From Gemmatimonadaceae bacterium (GTDB taxonomy: Bacteria > Gemmatimonadota > Gemmatimonadetes > Gemmatimonadales > Gemmatimonadaceae), in contig JBJMOW010000005.1 in NCBI GenBank assembly GCA_045803545.1, positions 1,184,001 to 1,248,000 on the forward strand: a stretch of DNA of 64,000 nt, given 5' to 3'. Positions within the stretch are counted from its first letter, which is position 1. Each line of letters begins with the position of its first letter. Positions 9,460 to 20,154 of this stretch are shown here, piece by piece. A program made the position numbers and the translations under genes. Below the pieces are notes generated by a model. The model was not told the origin of the DNA and searched no databases. It worked only from the letters and a program-made list of their open reading frames with translations.

Positions 9460-10629
9460 GTGAAAGAGAGCGCGCCGGAAGCCGCCACCCTCCTTCACGA
9501 TTTTATCGCGCAGCAGCACGCGAACGTCTTCGCCAGGGCGTTTGCGGTGTCGACAAATCAGCTGCCGCACGGCGCTGAGAGTCAACCCGAACTGGCGGAT
9601 CGAATGCTGATGACCAACAACATCGGGTTCATCTTCCAGCTGTGCGAGCGCGAGCCGCATGGCGTCGTCAGGGCCGGCGAGCTCGAGCGATGGGCGGCAA
9701 CCCAGGTTGTGCGAAAGGGCGTGAGACTGATTCAGAACACCCGCGAGCTGCTGGCTACATACTCCGCCATCTCGCTGGTCAATCATTTCGGACACAGAGT
9801 GACGGTCTCGCCGAAAGATTCGGAATCGCTCGTCGGCATCGTCGTCTATCGGGTGCCGCCTAAGACACGGCCGTTCCGGGTTGCGCGATTCAAGCGAGCA
9901 CGCAACGGCACGTTCGTCCACATCCTTCGCGATACAGATTTCTTCGAAATCTGCGACCACTTCGTGACGCCGGCCGAGCTGCTCGATTACTTCAACTTCC
10001 GTCGCGACATCCTCCTGGGATGGGATCCGCCGACAACGGCAGTGAGCGAGACCGCGCTGATTGGCCAGTATCTACTCGAGGACTTCGAATCGCCGCCGGA
10101 TCAGCGTCTTGACGCCGCGGCACGCGCGAGAAGGAGTCCGGCCGTCTGCGAATTCACTTTTATGCTCGACAGTCTGGCGGCGGTGATTGCGGCAGAGGAG
10201 GACGATTTCGCAGACAGTGACTCCTACCGGATTCTGAGCGAGCTGTCGATGCTCGGCCGGTATGAGCTGCGCGCTTTGAGCGAACAACTGCGGCTGGCGC
10301 TGGAATCGGTGCGGGCGGACAGGTTCGAGCTGCCATATAGGATGGCGTCGTCGAAGACTGGCTGCGGATTCGTCATCCTGCCGCTGACCCGGGAGTTCCT
10401 CGATCGCGGCTATGACGCGCTGGACAGCCTTGCTCGCGCATCGAAGCACGAGCTCGATCTGGAGCGTCAGATCGCAATCGGCCTGTGGCGGGATGGGGAA
10501 TTCGTTGACATAGAGTGGCTGTTCCTGTCGGGTGACAACGCGCCCGATCCGGACATCGATGAACGCCTGGCGCAGAGTTACCCATTTCGGCGTGCATCGG
10601 AGCGGCGGTTGCCGCCAATTTTCACATAG
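9460..10629 (+). CDS. Hypothetical protein
   Basis: 389-aa soluble-looking ORF immediately after the previous gene; no family recognised. Confidence 0.7.
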   Translation: MKESAPEAATLLHDFIAQQHANVFARAFAVSTNQLPHGAESQPELADRMLMTNNIGFIFQLCEREPHGVVRAGELERWAATQVVRKGVRLIQNTRELLATYSAISLVNHFGHRVTVSPKDSESLVGIVVYRVPPKTRPFRVARFKRARNGTFVHILRDTDFFEICDHFVTPAELLDYFNFRRDILLGWDPPTTAVSETALIGQYLLEDFESPPDQRLDAAARARRSPAVCEFTFMLDSLAAVIAAEEDDFADSDSYRILSELSMLGRYELRALSEQLRLALESVRADRFELPYRMASSKTGCGFVILPLTREFLDRGYDALDSLARASKHELDLERQIAIGLWRDGEFVDIEWLFLSGDNAPDPDIDERLAQSYPFRRASERRLPPIFT

Positions 10630-10734
10630 TGATACATGCCGCAAGCTCGGCTCGTCGCGATAACCAGATGTGTGCGGGAACAATGCATGCCGTTTCCGGT
10701 TTCATATGGTGTCACTGCCTTCAATGAGAATAAG

Positions 10735-11421
10735 ATGAATCGCTCCCTCTCCGGCTTCTTTGCTTTTGTCGTCGTCATTCCCATAGCGCTGGTACTGTTG
10801 GCTTCACGCCTCACGAGCGGGGCCCCCAGGACAAACGGGTCCGTCAGCGCGCCGGTGGTCGGCGCCGAGCTCTCCGCCGCACCTGCCGAAGACACAGCGG
10901 TATTCGCTGGCGGCTGCTTCTGGGGAATCGAGGCAGTGTTCGATCACGTGAAAGGTGTAAAGAAAGCGATCTCGGGATACGCCGGTGGCAATCTTGCGAA
11001 CCCGACCTACGAGCAGGTCAGCACTGGTGACACCGGGCACGCCGAGTCGGTAGAAGTGATCTACGACCCGTCGCAGGTGGCGTATGGCAAGCTGCTGCAG
11101 ATCTTCTTCTCCGTTGCGCACGACCCGACGCAGCTCAATCGTCAGGGACCGGATCACGGCACCCAGTATCGGTCGGCGATTTTCTATCGCAACGCGCAGC
11201 AGCAGCGGGTAGCTGAGAGCTACATCAAGCAGCTGACCGCTGCGAAAACTTTCTCGAGCCCGATCGTGACTCAGGTCGGCGCGCTGCACGGCTTTTACGA
11301 GGCCGAAGAGTATCACCAGCACTATCTGGAGCAGCACCCCAACCAGTTGTACATCGTGATCAACGACAAGCCGAAGCTGGTCGCGCTCAGGAAAGAATTT
11401 CCGGACATCTACAGAGATTAG
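10735..11421 (+). CDS. msrA: Peptide-methionine (S)-S-oxide reductase, exported
   Basis: FAGGCFWG, GHAE, HDPTQLNRQGPD.GTQYRS and AEEYHQ motifs; N-terminal signal/TM segment. Confidence 0.95.
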   Translation: MNRSLSGFFAFVVVIPIALVLLASRLTSGAPRTNGSVSAPVVGAELSAAPAEDTAVFAGGCFWGIEAVFDHVKGVKKAISGYAGGNLANPTYEQVSTGDTGHAESVEVIYDPSQVAYGKLLQIFFSVAHDPTQLNRQGPDHGTQYRSAIFYRNAQQQRVAESYIKQLTAAKTFSSPIVTQVGALHGFYEAEEYHQHYLEQHPNQLYIVINDKPKLVALRKEFPDIYRD

Positions 11422-11491
11422 TCGGAAGCCGCGGGCCGCCGGCTGAGGGGGGCAAGCCGCGAGCGAGCAGTTTTCTTTGTAGTTTGCGGCC

Positions 11492-12343
11492 GTGGAAATT
11501 CAAATCCTCGCCGTCCCCTACGACTCCGGGCATCGCGGGCTGCGTATGGGCGCCGGACCGGAGGCGCTGCTGCAAGCCGGGCTCGTCGATGCACTGCGCA
11601 GTGCCGGTCACAACGTCAGCGTTCGACTCGCCGAGCTCGACCCCGATCAATGGCAAGCGGAGATTCAATCGGGCTTCGAGTTGATGCGTATGCTGGCGGT
11701 AGCGGTACGCGAAGCCCGAGATGGCGGCCGCTTCCCAATTGTGCTCGCCGGCAACTGCAACACCGCTGTTGGCACTCTCGCCGGACTCGGAGCTGATTCA
11801 ATCGGCGTCGCATGGTTCGACGCACATGCCGACTTCAACACTCCCGAGACAACCACCAGCGGTTTTCTCGACGGCACTGCCGTCGCCATCATCAGCGGAC
11901 GCTGCTGGACCCAGCTCGCCGCAACAGTGCCGGGATTCTCGCCAATCACTGACGAGCGCATCTGTCTGATCGGGACGCGCGACATCGACTCGCTCGAAAG
12001 CGCACTGCTCGATGATTCGTCGGTGAGTGTCGTGACGCCTCGTCAGCTTCGTGACGGCCTTTCGCGGCGGTTACAGTTTTTGAGCGAGCACGTCGAGCGA
12101 ATTTACGTCCACCTCGATCTCGACGTGCTCGACGCGGCGGTCGCGGCTGCCAACACTTTCGCCGTCGGTGGCGGCTTGACGCTGGATGATGCGCGCTACG
12201 CCTTGACGACGATCGCCGAGAGGCTGGAAATCGGCGCAATCACGCTATCGGCTTTTGACCCGAACGCGGATACAGATGGATCCGCTGCACGCGCGGCCAT
12301 CGATCTCATTTGCACTGCTGCGGGATTGGTCAGTCGCACTTAG
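11492..12343 (+). CDS. Arginase/ureohydrolase family protein
   Basis: WFDAHADFNTPETT and HLDLDVLD motifs. Confidence 0.85.
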   Translation: MEIQILAVPYDSGHRGLRMGAGPEALLQAGLVDALRSAGHNVSVRLAELDPDQWQAEIQSGFELMRMLAVAVREARDGGRFPIVLAGNCNTAVGTLAGLGADSIGVAWFDAHADFNTPETTTSGFLDGTAVAIISGRCWTQLAATVPGFSPITDERICLIGTRDIDSLESALLDDSSVSVVTPRQLRDGLSRRLQFLSEHVERIYVHLDLDVLDAAVAAANTFAVGGGLTLDDARYALTTIAERLEIGAITLSAFDPNADTDGSAARAAIDLICTAAGLVSRT

Positions 12344-12378
12344 ATTCGTTCCGCCAAGTCCACATAGGGAGGAGTTTC

Positions 12379-12831
12379 ATGCTGGTGCTCCAGGTGAACT
12401 ACCTTGCCGTAATCGTCGCCGCCATCGTCCTCTTTGTACTCGGCGGCCTTTGGTATTCTCCGGTGCTGTTTGCCAAGAGGTGGATCGCGTTACAGGGTCG
12501 AACCGAGGAGCAGATGCGGGCCGACGCTGCTCGCTCCAACATGCCGATGATGTACTTGATGGCATTCATCACCGCGCTGATCATCGCGTGGGCGATGGCG
12601 GTCCTCGGCAACGCTTTTCCACCTCAACCTGGCGGCGGAGGCGGTGTGATGCGTGGCATCAAACTCGGCTTCTTCTGCTGGTTTGGTTTCGTTCTTCCGA
12701 CGACCTTCGCCACGTCACTTTTCTCAATGAAGCCGCGACAATTATGGCTGATCGACGCCGGCTACAACCTGGTGTCGTTTGTACTCGCCGGCGCAATTAT
12801 CTTGGGGTGGATGGGCGCGACCGCTCACTAG
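12379..12831 (+). CDS. DUF1761-like membrane protein
   Basis: NYLAVIVAA...GGLWYSPVLF...W and IDAGY; GGAGG RBS before ATG 12379. Confidence 0.8.
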   Translation: MLVLQVNYLAVIVAAIVLFVLGGLWYSPVLFAKRWIALQGRTEEQMRADAARSNMPMMYLMAFITALIIAWAMAVLGNAFPPQPGGGGGVMRGIKLGFFCWFGFVLPTTFATSLFSMKPRQLWLIDAGYNLVSFVLAGAIILGWMGATAH

Positions 12832-12878
12832 CCGAGGTAGCGCCTCGTTCGAGTTCGTGAACATCCAAGAGGAGGACG

Positions 12879-13493
12879 ATGATGCTGGGTTCACTCCACT
12901 ACCGCACGGCAATACTGGGCACGACGATGTTGGCGATCTCCGTCGCATCGTTGGGCGCGCAGGCAGCTGCGTCCAAGGGTAAAGCGAAAGCAAAAGCGGT
13001 CGCCCCCACACACTTCCGGGTCACCGCGCCAGACTTGACGGCGAAGGGAAGAATTGCCCAGGAGCATGCTTTCAATGGGATGGGTTGCACCGGCCAGAAC
13101 GTTTCTCCGGCGTTGACCTGGAGCGGCGCTCCGGCGGGAACCAAATCATTTGCCGTAACCGCCTATGATCCGGACGCACCGACCGGCAGCGGCTGGTGGC
13201 ACTGGGTGATGTACAACATTCCGGCAGATGCAACGGGATTGCAGGCGGGAGCGGGCAACGGCCGTAACGCGCCGCGTGGCAGTCAGCAGGGCAACACCGA
13301 TTTCGGTAGCAAGGGATATGGTGGCCCGTGTCCTCCGCAGGGCGACAAGCCACATCACTATCACTTCACCGTTTACGCGCTGAAGACTGACAAGCTCGAC
13401 GTACCCGGCAACGCAACGGCGGCCATGATTGGCTACAACATCAACGCCAACAAGCTTGCCAGCGCGAGGATTACTGGGCTCTACGCACGCTAG
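12879..13493 (+). CDS. YbhB/YbcL (PEBP/Raf kinase inhibitor-like) protein, exported
   Basis: YDPDAPTGSGWWHW, GYGGPCPP and HHYHFTVYAL motifs; signal peptide. Confidence 0.9.
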   Translation: MMLGSLHYRTAILGTTMLAISVASLGAQAAASKGKAKAKAVAPTHFRVTAPDLTAKGRIAQEHAFNGMGCTGQNVSPALTWSGAPAGTKSFAVTAYDPDAPTGSGWWHWVMYNIPADATGLQAGAGNGRNAPRGSQQGNTDFGSKGYGGPCPPQGDKPHHYHFTVYALKTDKLDVPGNATAAMIGYNINANKLASARITGLYAR

Positions 13494-15147
13494 TTGAATC
13501 CACGACTGGCTTGAGGACATCTCTCGCGTTGACGTAGAAAGTCTCGTCAACGCCGAAGTCCTCAGGCCGGTCGAGTTTTATCGCCGTCGACTTCCAGCGC
13601 TCAGTCGGGCGAATCCAGTCGTAGCGTCCTGTCGCTGTCGTGATCTTGACCGGCATCGCGAAGCCGCGCACGACGTTCGACCACCTGTAACTGAGCTTGT
13701 TGCCCTCGAGCTTGTATTCGAGCGTCGGAATCTTCGTCGTTCGCAGATACTGATCGAAGACTTTGCCGAGATTGATTCCCGATTCGCGACTGATGTAGTC
13801 CTCGATCTGTTTTGTCGTCACCGTTTGGTGCCAGAAGGTCTTGTTCAGTCCGCGCAGGATTCCGCGCCAGCGGGTGTCGTCGTCGACGAGCTGACGTATC
13901 GCCAGTAGCATGTTGGCGCCCTTGTCATACATGTCGCCGGAGCCCTCGGCGTTCACCCCGTAGGAGGCGATGATGGGCTCGTCGTTACGAACGATTTTGC
14001 GCTGGCCGATCGTGTATTCCTGCCCCGCCCGCTTACCCTGCTGACATTCGGTAAAGAGTCCCTCGGCGTAAGTCGCGAAGCTCTCATGAATCCACATGTC
14101 GGCCTGGTCCTTCATGGTGATGCTGTTGCCCCACCACTCGTGCGCGCTCTCGTGGATGATGATGAAGTCCCACAGCAATCCGTGGCCGGTGGCAGAGCGA
14201 TCGCGGCCGAGGTACCCGTTCTTGTAGTGATTGCCGTAAGCGACGGCACTCTGATGCTCCATCCCGAGGTGAGGAGTCTCGACGAGTTTGTAGCCGTCCT
14301 CATACCATGGGTACGGCCCGAACCAGCTCTCGAAACACTGCAGCATCGGTTTTACCTGCTGAAACTGTACGCGCGCGGTGTCGACGTGATAATCGAGAGG
14401 ATAGAAATCGAGAGTGAGATTCCCTTTCTCACCCTGATAGTTGTCGCTCCAGTGCGTGTAGTGACCGGCGTTGACCGCGATGTCGTAGTTGTTGATCGGA
14501 TTTCTGACGAACCACTCGTAAGTCGTTGTGCCGTCCGAATTGCGCGTGGTCGCGCGTAGTCGTCCGTTCGAGACATCGAATAGCGAATTCGGAACCGTTA
14601 TCGCCACACGCTGACTGTCGGGCTCGTCCGCGAGGTAATCCTTGTCCGGCCACCAGACACTGGCGCCGAGTCCTTCGTTGGCGGTGACCACCCAGTCGCG
14701 ACCCAGACTATCCTTGGCCCAGACAAAGCCGCCATCCCACGGCGCACGCGTCGCGACAACGGGCTTCCCGTGATAGTACACGGTGACTGTCTCGAGACTG
14801 CGCGCTGGCTGCGGTGCGATGAGCGTGACGAAAAATGCGTTGCCGTCGCGACGTGAGGTCAGTTGCCGGCCGTCCTGTACGATGCTGTCGACGACGAGCG
14901 GCATCTGGAGATCGATCTGCATCTCGGCGCCCGGCTTCAGCACGCGGTAGGTGATCGCGTTGTAGCCGACGATGCCGCTATCTGCGGGATTGGCTTTGAC
15001 GTGAAGATCGTAGAAGGCGACATCCCACCAGGAGCGCCGCGCACCGTTGGAGCCGCGGAGGGTGTCGGCGCGGGTAAAGACGCGCGGCGATTCCTGCGCC
15101 AACGCGAAAGTAGGCAGCAATAACAAACACAGAGCGCCTAGCCTCAT
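13471..15147 (-). CDS. M1 family metallo-aminopeptidase, secreted
   Basis: GMEH, HESAHEWWGN and WIHESF zinc motifs, MYDKG, signal peptide. Confidence 0.9.
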   Translation of the reverse strand: MRLGALCLLLLPTFALAQESPRVFTRADTLRGSNGARRSWWDVAFYDLHVKANPADSGIVGYNAITYRVLKPGAEMQIDLQMPLVVDSIVQDGRQLTSRRDGNAFFVTLIAPQPARSLETVTVYYHGKPVVATRAPWDGGFVWAKDSLGRDWVVTANEGLGASVWWPDKDYLADEPDSQRVAITVPNSLFDVSNGRLRATTRNSDGTTTYEWFVRNPINNYDIAVNAGHYTHWSDNYQGEKGNLTLDFYPLDYHVDTARVQFQQVKPMLQCFESWFGPYPWYEDGYKLVETPHLGMEHQSAVAYGNHYKNGYLGRDRSATGHGLLWDFIIIHESAHEWWGNSITMKDQADMWIHESFATYAEGLFTECQQGKRAGQEYTIGQRKIVRNDEPIIASYGVNAEGSGDMYDKGANMLLAIRQLVDDDTRWRGILRGLNKTFWHQTVTTKQIEDYISRESGINLGKVFDQYLRTTKIPTLEYKLEGNKLSYRWSNVVRGFAMPVKITTATGRYDWIRPTERWKSTAIKLDRPEDFGVDETFYVNARDVLKPVVDSTSVRRAQ

Positions 15148-17372
15148 CTCCGCCCCGCTTTGATCTCGTACTCCTTCGGAGGCTCGGCGCCAAGGAGATT
15201 CTTGACGAAGTAGTCCCAGCGCCGCCGCACCATGTAGGGCTCGTTGCCGAAGCCATGCGGGCGATTGGGCAGCAATAGTAAGTCAAAATCCTTGTTGGCG
15301 GCGATCAGCGCGTTGACGACAAGGAGCGTGTTGTCAGGCGGCACATTGTCGTCCATGGTGCCGTGGGCCAGCAGCAGCTTTCCCTTGAGATCCTTCGCGT
15401 GGATCTCGTTGGCTTCGTTCGCATAGCTGTCGCTGCCGGGCGGCGTGCGCACGAGCAGGCCCTGATAGCGCTCGCCCCAATCGTCTTCGTAGTTACGCTG
15501 GTCGTGATTTCCCGCTTCCGAGATCCCGACCTTGAAAAAATCCGGATATCTGAACATCGCATCGGCCGCAGCGAACCCGCCACCACTGTGGCCGTAGATA
15601 CCGGCGCGGTTGATGTCGATGAACGGATACCGAGTCGCGAGCTCCCGCATCGCCGCAACCTGATCGGGTAGGGTGTTATCGCCCATCTTGCCGAAGTAGG
15701 CATCGTGGAACGATTTCGACCGCCACGGTGTGCCCATACCATCAATTTCGACCACCACGAAGCCAAGCTCGGCGAGTGCCTGAGCGTCGCCGCGCGCCGG
15801 AGAAAAGCTGCGACCACCCACGCTTCCGGTCTGCGGCCCGGGGTAAATGTGATTGACGATTGGATACTTCTTGTTGCGATCGAGATTGGTCGGCAGGTAC
15901 ATCAGCCCGTACAGATCGGTCTTGCCATCACGCGCTTTGACGGTGATTGGCGTCGGCGGCTTCCAGCCCCGGGCTTGCAGCCGGCTAATGTCGGCACGCT
16001 CCAGCGTCAGGACAGTCTTGCCGTTCAAGTCGCGCAGCACGGTCACCGGCGCTTGATCGGGGCGCGAAAAAGTGTCGACGAAATAGTCTGCTGATGGGGC
16101 GAGACTGATTTCGTGATCTGCATTCTCGGGAGTGAGAAGCGTTTGCCCCGTCCCATCCATCCGGATCTTGTAGAAGTGCCGGAAATAGGGATCACGTCCC
16201 TGCTCCTTCCCATTTCCAACGAAGTAAATGATCCGGTTTTTGGCATCGATGCGCCGCACCTGGGCAACGCTGCCTTCGCCGTTGGTGATTTTGGATTTGA
16301 GCGCGCCGGTGGTCAGATCGTAGAGATAGAGCTGGCCCCAGTCGTCGCGCTCGGAAAACCAGACCACCTCATTGGACGCCGGCAGCACGTGCCAGTTGAC
16401 CGCGCCGTTGCCCGATTCGAAATGAGTGGCGACATCCTCGCGCAGGACATCGCGCACCGCGCCCGTATTGGCATCGGCGACGCGCAACACTTCGTGCTTG
16501 TGATCTCGCGATGTCGATACGAACGCGACGTGTGAAGCGTCCGGATACCATTCGACGTCAACCCAGTTCGGTGATCCGCGACACACGATGTGGTCGCATA
16601 GCGTTGATCGATGGGCGTCCGGCGCCATTCGCAGCGGTATCACCTTCGGAGCATCGACGTCGATCAACACGCGACGGATCATCGAGATCGCACTGTCGCC
16701 CGGCAACGGATACTTCCACGCCTGGAGCTCGGGGTGGCCGACTTTAGTGCGCACCAGATACATCTCGCCCAGCGGACGGTCGTCCTGCTGGAACGTCGCA
16801 ATCTTGCGCGAGTCCGGCGACCACAAGAGCACCGGGCGATCGCTTCTCACCCACCCCGCGTTGTCGGTTGCGTACCCGAAGTCTTTCTGCCCATCCGTCG
16901 TGAGCTGAGTTTCACGGCCACTTGCGACGTCTCTCACCCAGAGATTGTAGTCGCGAATGAATGCGGCCTTGCTTCCGTCGGGCGAGAGCGATTCAGGGCG
17001 TCCGCTCGCTCCTCGCTGCGCCGTCGGTTGTAACCGGGACAGCTCGCTCGGGTCGAGCGCGCCGCCGCAGCGATCGGTGTCCGGGCTGCAGGCGAGACGA
17101 CTGCCGCGCGCCGGATCCACGAGGATGATTCCGGCTGTCCCCCGCGCCGGATTGCGATATGCAACGCGGTTCCCCGATAGCCACACAGGCTGGACTGCGA
17201 TGCCGCTGACGTACGGGGTGACGCTGTCCATCAGAAAGCGCTCAGCGCGCGCATAATCGGCAACGGTTACCTGCGCACCGACAGAAGACCCGCTGAAAAG
17301 CAAAAGCATAACTGCCTGCAGGCTGCCGGCGGCTTTCAGCCAGCGGCTGGCGGCTCGTGCGACGGTGCTCAT
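15144..17372 (-). CDS. S9B dipeptidyl-peptidase IV family protein
   Basis: GHSGGG nucleophile, DDNV and catalytic His region. Start at MSTVARAASR overlaps the upstream stop. Confidence 0.9.
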   Translation of the reverse strand: MSTVARAASRWLKAAGSLQAVMLLLFSGSSVGAQVTVADYARAERFLMDSVTPYVSGIAVQPVWLSGNRVAYRNPARGTAGIILVDPARGSRLACSPDTDRCGGALDPSELSRLQPTAQRGASGRPESLSPDGSKAAFIRDYNLWVRDVASGRETQLTTDGQKDFGYATDNAGWVRSDRPVLLWSPDSRKIATFQQDDRPLGEMYLVRTKVGHPELQAWKYPLPGDSAISMIRRVLIDVDAPKVIPLRMAPDAHRSTLCDHIVCRGSPNWVDVEWYPDASHVAFVSTSRDHKHEVLRVADANTGAVRDVLREDVATHFESGNGAVNWHVLPASNEVVWFSERDDWGQLYLYDLTTGALKSKITNGEGSVAQVRRIDAKNRIIYFVGNGKEQGRDPYFRHFYKIRMDGTGQTLLTPENADHEISLAPSADYFVDTFSRPDQAPVTVLRDLNGKTVLTLERADISRLQARGWKPPTPITVKARDGKTDLYGLMYLPTNLDRNKKYPIVNHIYPGPQTGSVGGRSFSPARGDAQALAELGFVVVEIDGMGTPWRSKSFHDAYFGKMGDNTLPDQVAAMRELATRYPFIDINRAGIYGHSGGGFAAADAMFRYPDFFKVGISEAGNHDQRNYEDDWGERYQGLLVRTPPGSDSYANEANEIHAKDLKGKLLLAHGTMDDNVPPDNTLLVVNALIAANKDFDLLLLPNRPHGFGNEPYMVRRRWDYFVKNLLGAEPPKEYEIKAGRR

Positions 17373-19447
17373 TTCGTCGCCGCCATCCGCGGCCACACAT
17401 TGTCGCTGAAAGTGTGATCCGGGAATCGCTGATTGGGATCGAGCGTAAGGCGTGTGATGCGTCGGCCGGCAAAATCCAGATTCGCGGTGAACGTGCGACT
17501 GCCGGAGAACCACACATCCGCCGGATAGGTAATCACCGCAGTGCTCGCGTCCTGCCACACGATCGATTCGGTGAAAACACCCAGCACTGTGCGACTGGAG
17601 TTGGCGGGCTTGGTGGTCGCGGTCCCCGGCGCAAACTCGACCTTTAACACGATTGGCGACGGCATCTCTCCATCCTGGCGCACCGTCACTCGCGTCTGCC
17701 GTCCAGCCGCGACCACACTTTGTATCGAGCCGTCGACGGACTCGTTGGTGAACAGCCAATAGTACCAGAACCAGCCGAGGTCGCGGTGCAAGGCGTTGTT
17801 CATGAAGTTGGCGTAGTCCCAGGGAGAGGGATGCTTGAAACGCCACGCCTTTGCGTAATCACTCATCGCGCGTTGCACAGCGCTGTCGCCTACAACCCCG
17901 CCCAGCGACGAGAGCATCAACGGCGCCTTGCCGTACGCAGCGAATCCGTAAAGCGGGCCATCGTAGTTCTCGTCCCACATCATAGTCGGCTCGCGCTCAT
18001 CGCCGCTCACCTGCCCGTACGAAAGACCGAGGCTATCCAGGGTGTACGGCTTTTTGTCGCGATCGGCATCGGACAGAATGTTCATGTACTGATTGAACCC
18101 TTCGTCCATCCAGCCGTACCAGGTCTCGTTGACGCCGACCATCATCGGCCACCACTGATGTCCGGTCTCGTGATCAGCCGCGAAGACCGCCGACATGATG
18201 AACATCGGATATTCCATTCCCAGCTCGGGCCCGTCGACCATCGTCAGCTGCGGATATGCGTACGGCATCCACAGGTTCGAGTAGTACTCGAGCGCATGAC
18301 GCACGTGGCGTGGACCATCTGCGTAAGTCTGGGTGTGACCCGGCAGATACATGACGTTGAAGGGTACGTAGCCCCTTGTCGGAATGTTGGCGCGGCCGGC
18401 ATCCCACACGAACTGGTTCGATGTCGCCCACGCAAAATCACCGACCGTGTCCGCCGCGAAGCGCCAGACCAGTCGACCGTTGCTGCCGAGCCCCGTCGAC
18501 TTTCCTGGGCCGCGCTCGGCGGCGCCGACCACGCGTATCGTTGAATCCGATGAGAGTACCCGGCTCAGTCGATCGCGCGCTGTCGACGTCAGCACGTCGT
18601 TCGGGTTTTGTAGGACCCCCGTTGCACCGACAATCCATCCTGCGGGAACGTCGATGCTGACGTCGAAATGACCGTAGTTGTTATAGAACTCACCGTCGCC
18701 CAGGTACGGATCGGAGTCCCACCCGCGCAGATCGTCGAACACAGCGAGGCGAGGATACCATTGGGCTACCTGATAAAGCGTGTCGGCCCATCTTCCCATC
18801 CGGAATCCACGCGCGCCTTCCATCCGGGGTACCTCGAAGCTCCAGTCAGCCTCGAAAGTGCCGCTGCCGTGCGCGGGAATCGGAGTTGCCAGCGGGATAC
18901 GCGCCGAGGTGCCGCGCAGGATTCGCGACAAAGGGGTCGTGCGCCGATCGGATCCGGGTACCGGGGCGCCGACGGTGTCACTCACGGAAAGCGACTGCCC
19001 GTTCACTACCAATCGCGTGACTTTCATACCGCTGGTGACCGCGTCCATGATGCTGGTCCGCGGCGCATCCGGCCGGAAAATGTTCTGATCGAGCCGTAGC
19101 ACGATGCTTCGCATCGCGGAATCGCTGTTGTTCCGGAAGCTCACGGTTTCCGTTCCGGTCACCGTGGACGTCGCGCTGTCCAGCCGAGCGCGAATCGTGT
19201 AGTTGGTCCAAAGCTGCCAGTACCGCGATGTCGGCCGGCCACTCATGTCGCGCGTGCCCGCCGAAAATGCGCGCTTGATCATGTTCGTCAGCGGAATGTC
19301 ACGCCTGATTGGTCGCGTTGCCGAAACCGGCGGCAAAGTGCCTTGACCTGTGGTCGCTGCGGATGGAGCCGCTGCTTGAGCGTTGGCAGCGTAGGACAGT
19401 GTCGCTGATCCAGTGACAGAAAGGAAAAGTCGAAGACGGGCGCGCAT
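17369..19447 (-). CDS. M1 family metallopeptidase, secreted
   Basis: GMEYP, HETGHQWWP and WMDEG motifs; signal peptide. Confidence 0.85.
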   Translation of the reverse strand: MRARLRLFLSVTGSATLSYAANAQAAAPSAATTGQGTLPPVSATRPIRRDIPLTNMIKRAFSAGTRDMSGRPTSRYWQLWTNYTIRARLDSATSTVTGTETVSFRNNSDSAMRSIVLRLDQNIFRPDAPRTSIMDAVTSGMKVTRLVVNGQSLSVSDTVGAPVPGSDRRTTPLSRILRGTSARIPLATPIPAHGSGTFEADWSFEVPRMEGARGFRMGRWADTLYQVAQWYPRLAVFDDLRGWDSDPYLGDGEFYNNYGHFDVSIDVPAGWIVGATGVLQNPNDVLTSTARDRLSRVLSSDSTIRVVGAAERGPGKSTGLGSNGRLVWRFAADTVGDFAWATSNQFVWDAGRANIPTRGYVPFNVMYLPGHTQTYADGPRHVRHALEYYSNLWMPYAYPQLTMVDGPELGMEYPMFIMSAVFAADHETGHQWWPMMVGVNETWYGWMDEGFNQYMNILSDADRDKKPYTLDSLGLSYGQVSGDEREPTMMWDENYDGPLYGFAAYGKAPLMLSSLGGVVGDSAVQRAMSDYAKAWRFKHPSPWDYANFMNNALHRDLGWFWYYWLFTNESVDGSIQSVVAAGRQTRVTVRQDGEMPSPIVLKVEFAPGTATTKPANSSRTVLGVFTESIVWQDASTAVITYPADVWFSGSRTFTANLDFAGRRITRLTLDPNQRFPDHTFSDNVWPRMAATK

Positions 19448-19558
19448 TACGACTCCGGTAGAGAATTGCCAGACGTTTTGTTGACCGACGCAGCAAGAGA
19501 AAAGTAGTTGATGCGCCCGCGTCAGCGTATGATTCGGGTATTCAACGGAGACCAGACG

Positions 19559-20086
19559 ATGGATTTCAAACTCGACCAGGCGATCCCCATTCTGGAGCGA
19601 ACGCCGAGAGTGTTATCAGAGCTGCTTGCCGAGCTTCCCGGCGACTGGACCGTGATCAATGAAGGGCCCGACACCTGGAGTGCCCGCCAAATCATCCTTC
19701 ACTTGATCAACGGCGAGCGAACCGACTGGATTCCCCGCGCGCGCATCATTCTAAAGCAAGGTCAATCCCGTCGTTTCGATCCCTTCGATCGCATCGGTGG
19801 TTTCGACTCGACGCAGCCGATGCGCACTCTGCTCAGCGAATTCGACAAGGTGCGTGCGGAGAGTGTCGCGACCCTGCGTGGCTGGAATCTCAAGGAGAAG
19901 GATCTCGAGCTCACCGGCGAGCACCCCGAGTTCGGTTCTGTCACGATGCGCCAGTTGCTCGCGACATGGGTCGTGCACGACCTGTCGCACATTTCCCAGA
20001 TCACGCGGGTAATGGCGCGCGCGTACACCGAGGCTGTCGGACCGTGGACTCGCTACTTCAGGGTGCTACAGAGGGTCGCTATGTAG
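19559..20086 (+). CDS. DinB family protein
   Basis: ILERTP, WS...HL...E..DWIPR, HPEFG and WVVHDLSH motifs. Confidence 0.85.
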   Translation: MDFKLDQAIPILERTPRVLSELLAELPGDWTVINEGPDTWSARQIILHLINGERTDWIPRARIILKQGQSRRFDPFDRIGGFDSTQPMRTLLSEFDKVRAESVATLRGWNLKEKDLELTGEHPEFGSVTMRQLLATWVVHDLSHISQITRVMARAYTEAVGPWTRYFRVLQRVAM

Positions 20087-20116
20087 ATATCTCGGCGTCG
20101 GTCGCCAGCACGCGAC

Positions 20117-20154
20117 AAAAAAAACCTCCGTGAGGAGGGCTGTCCTCACGGAGG
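20117..20154 (-). terminator. Rho-independent terminator (minus strand)
   Basis: A8 (20117-20124) then cctccgtgagga / gggctg / tcctcacggagg, a perfect 12-bp stem. Confidence 0.8.

Noticed and set aside
10735..11421. msrA (and the thioredoxin-fold gene at 44480-45055) as additional selenoproteins
   Set aside because: Active-site codons are TGC (Cys), not TGA.
17373..17846. N-terminal extension of the S9 peptidase ORF
   Set aside because: Overlaps the upstream M1 peptidase CDS; ATG 17372 gives a signal peptide and a stop-start overlap.
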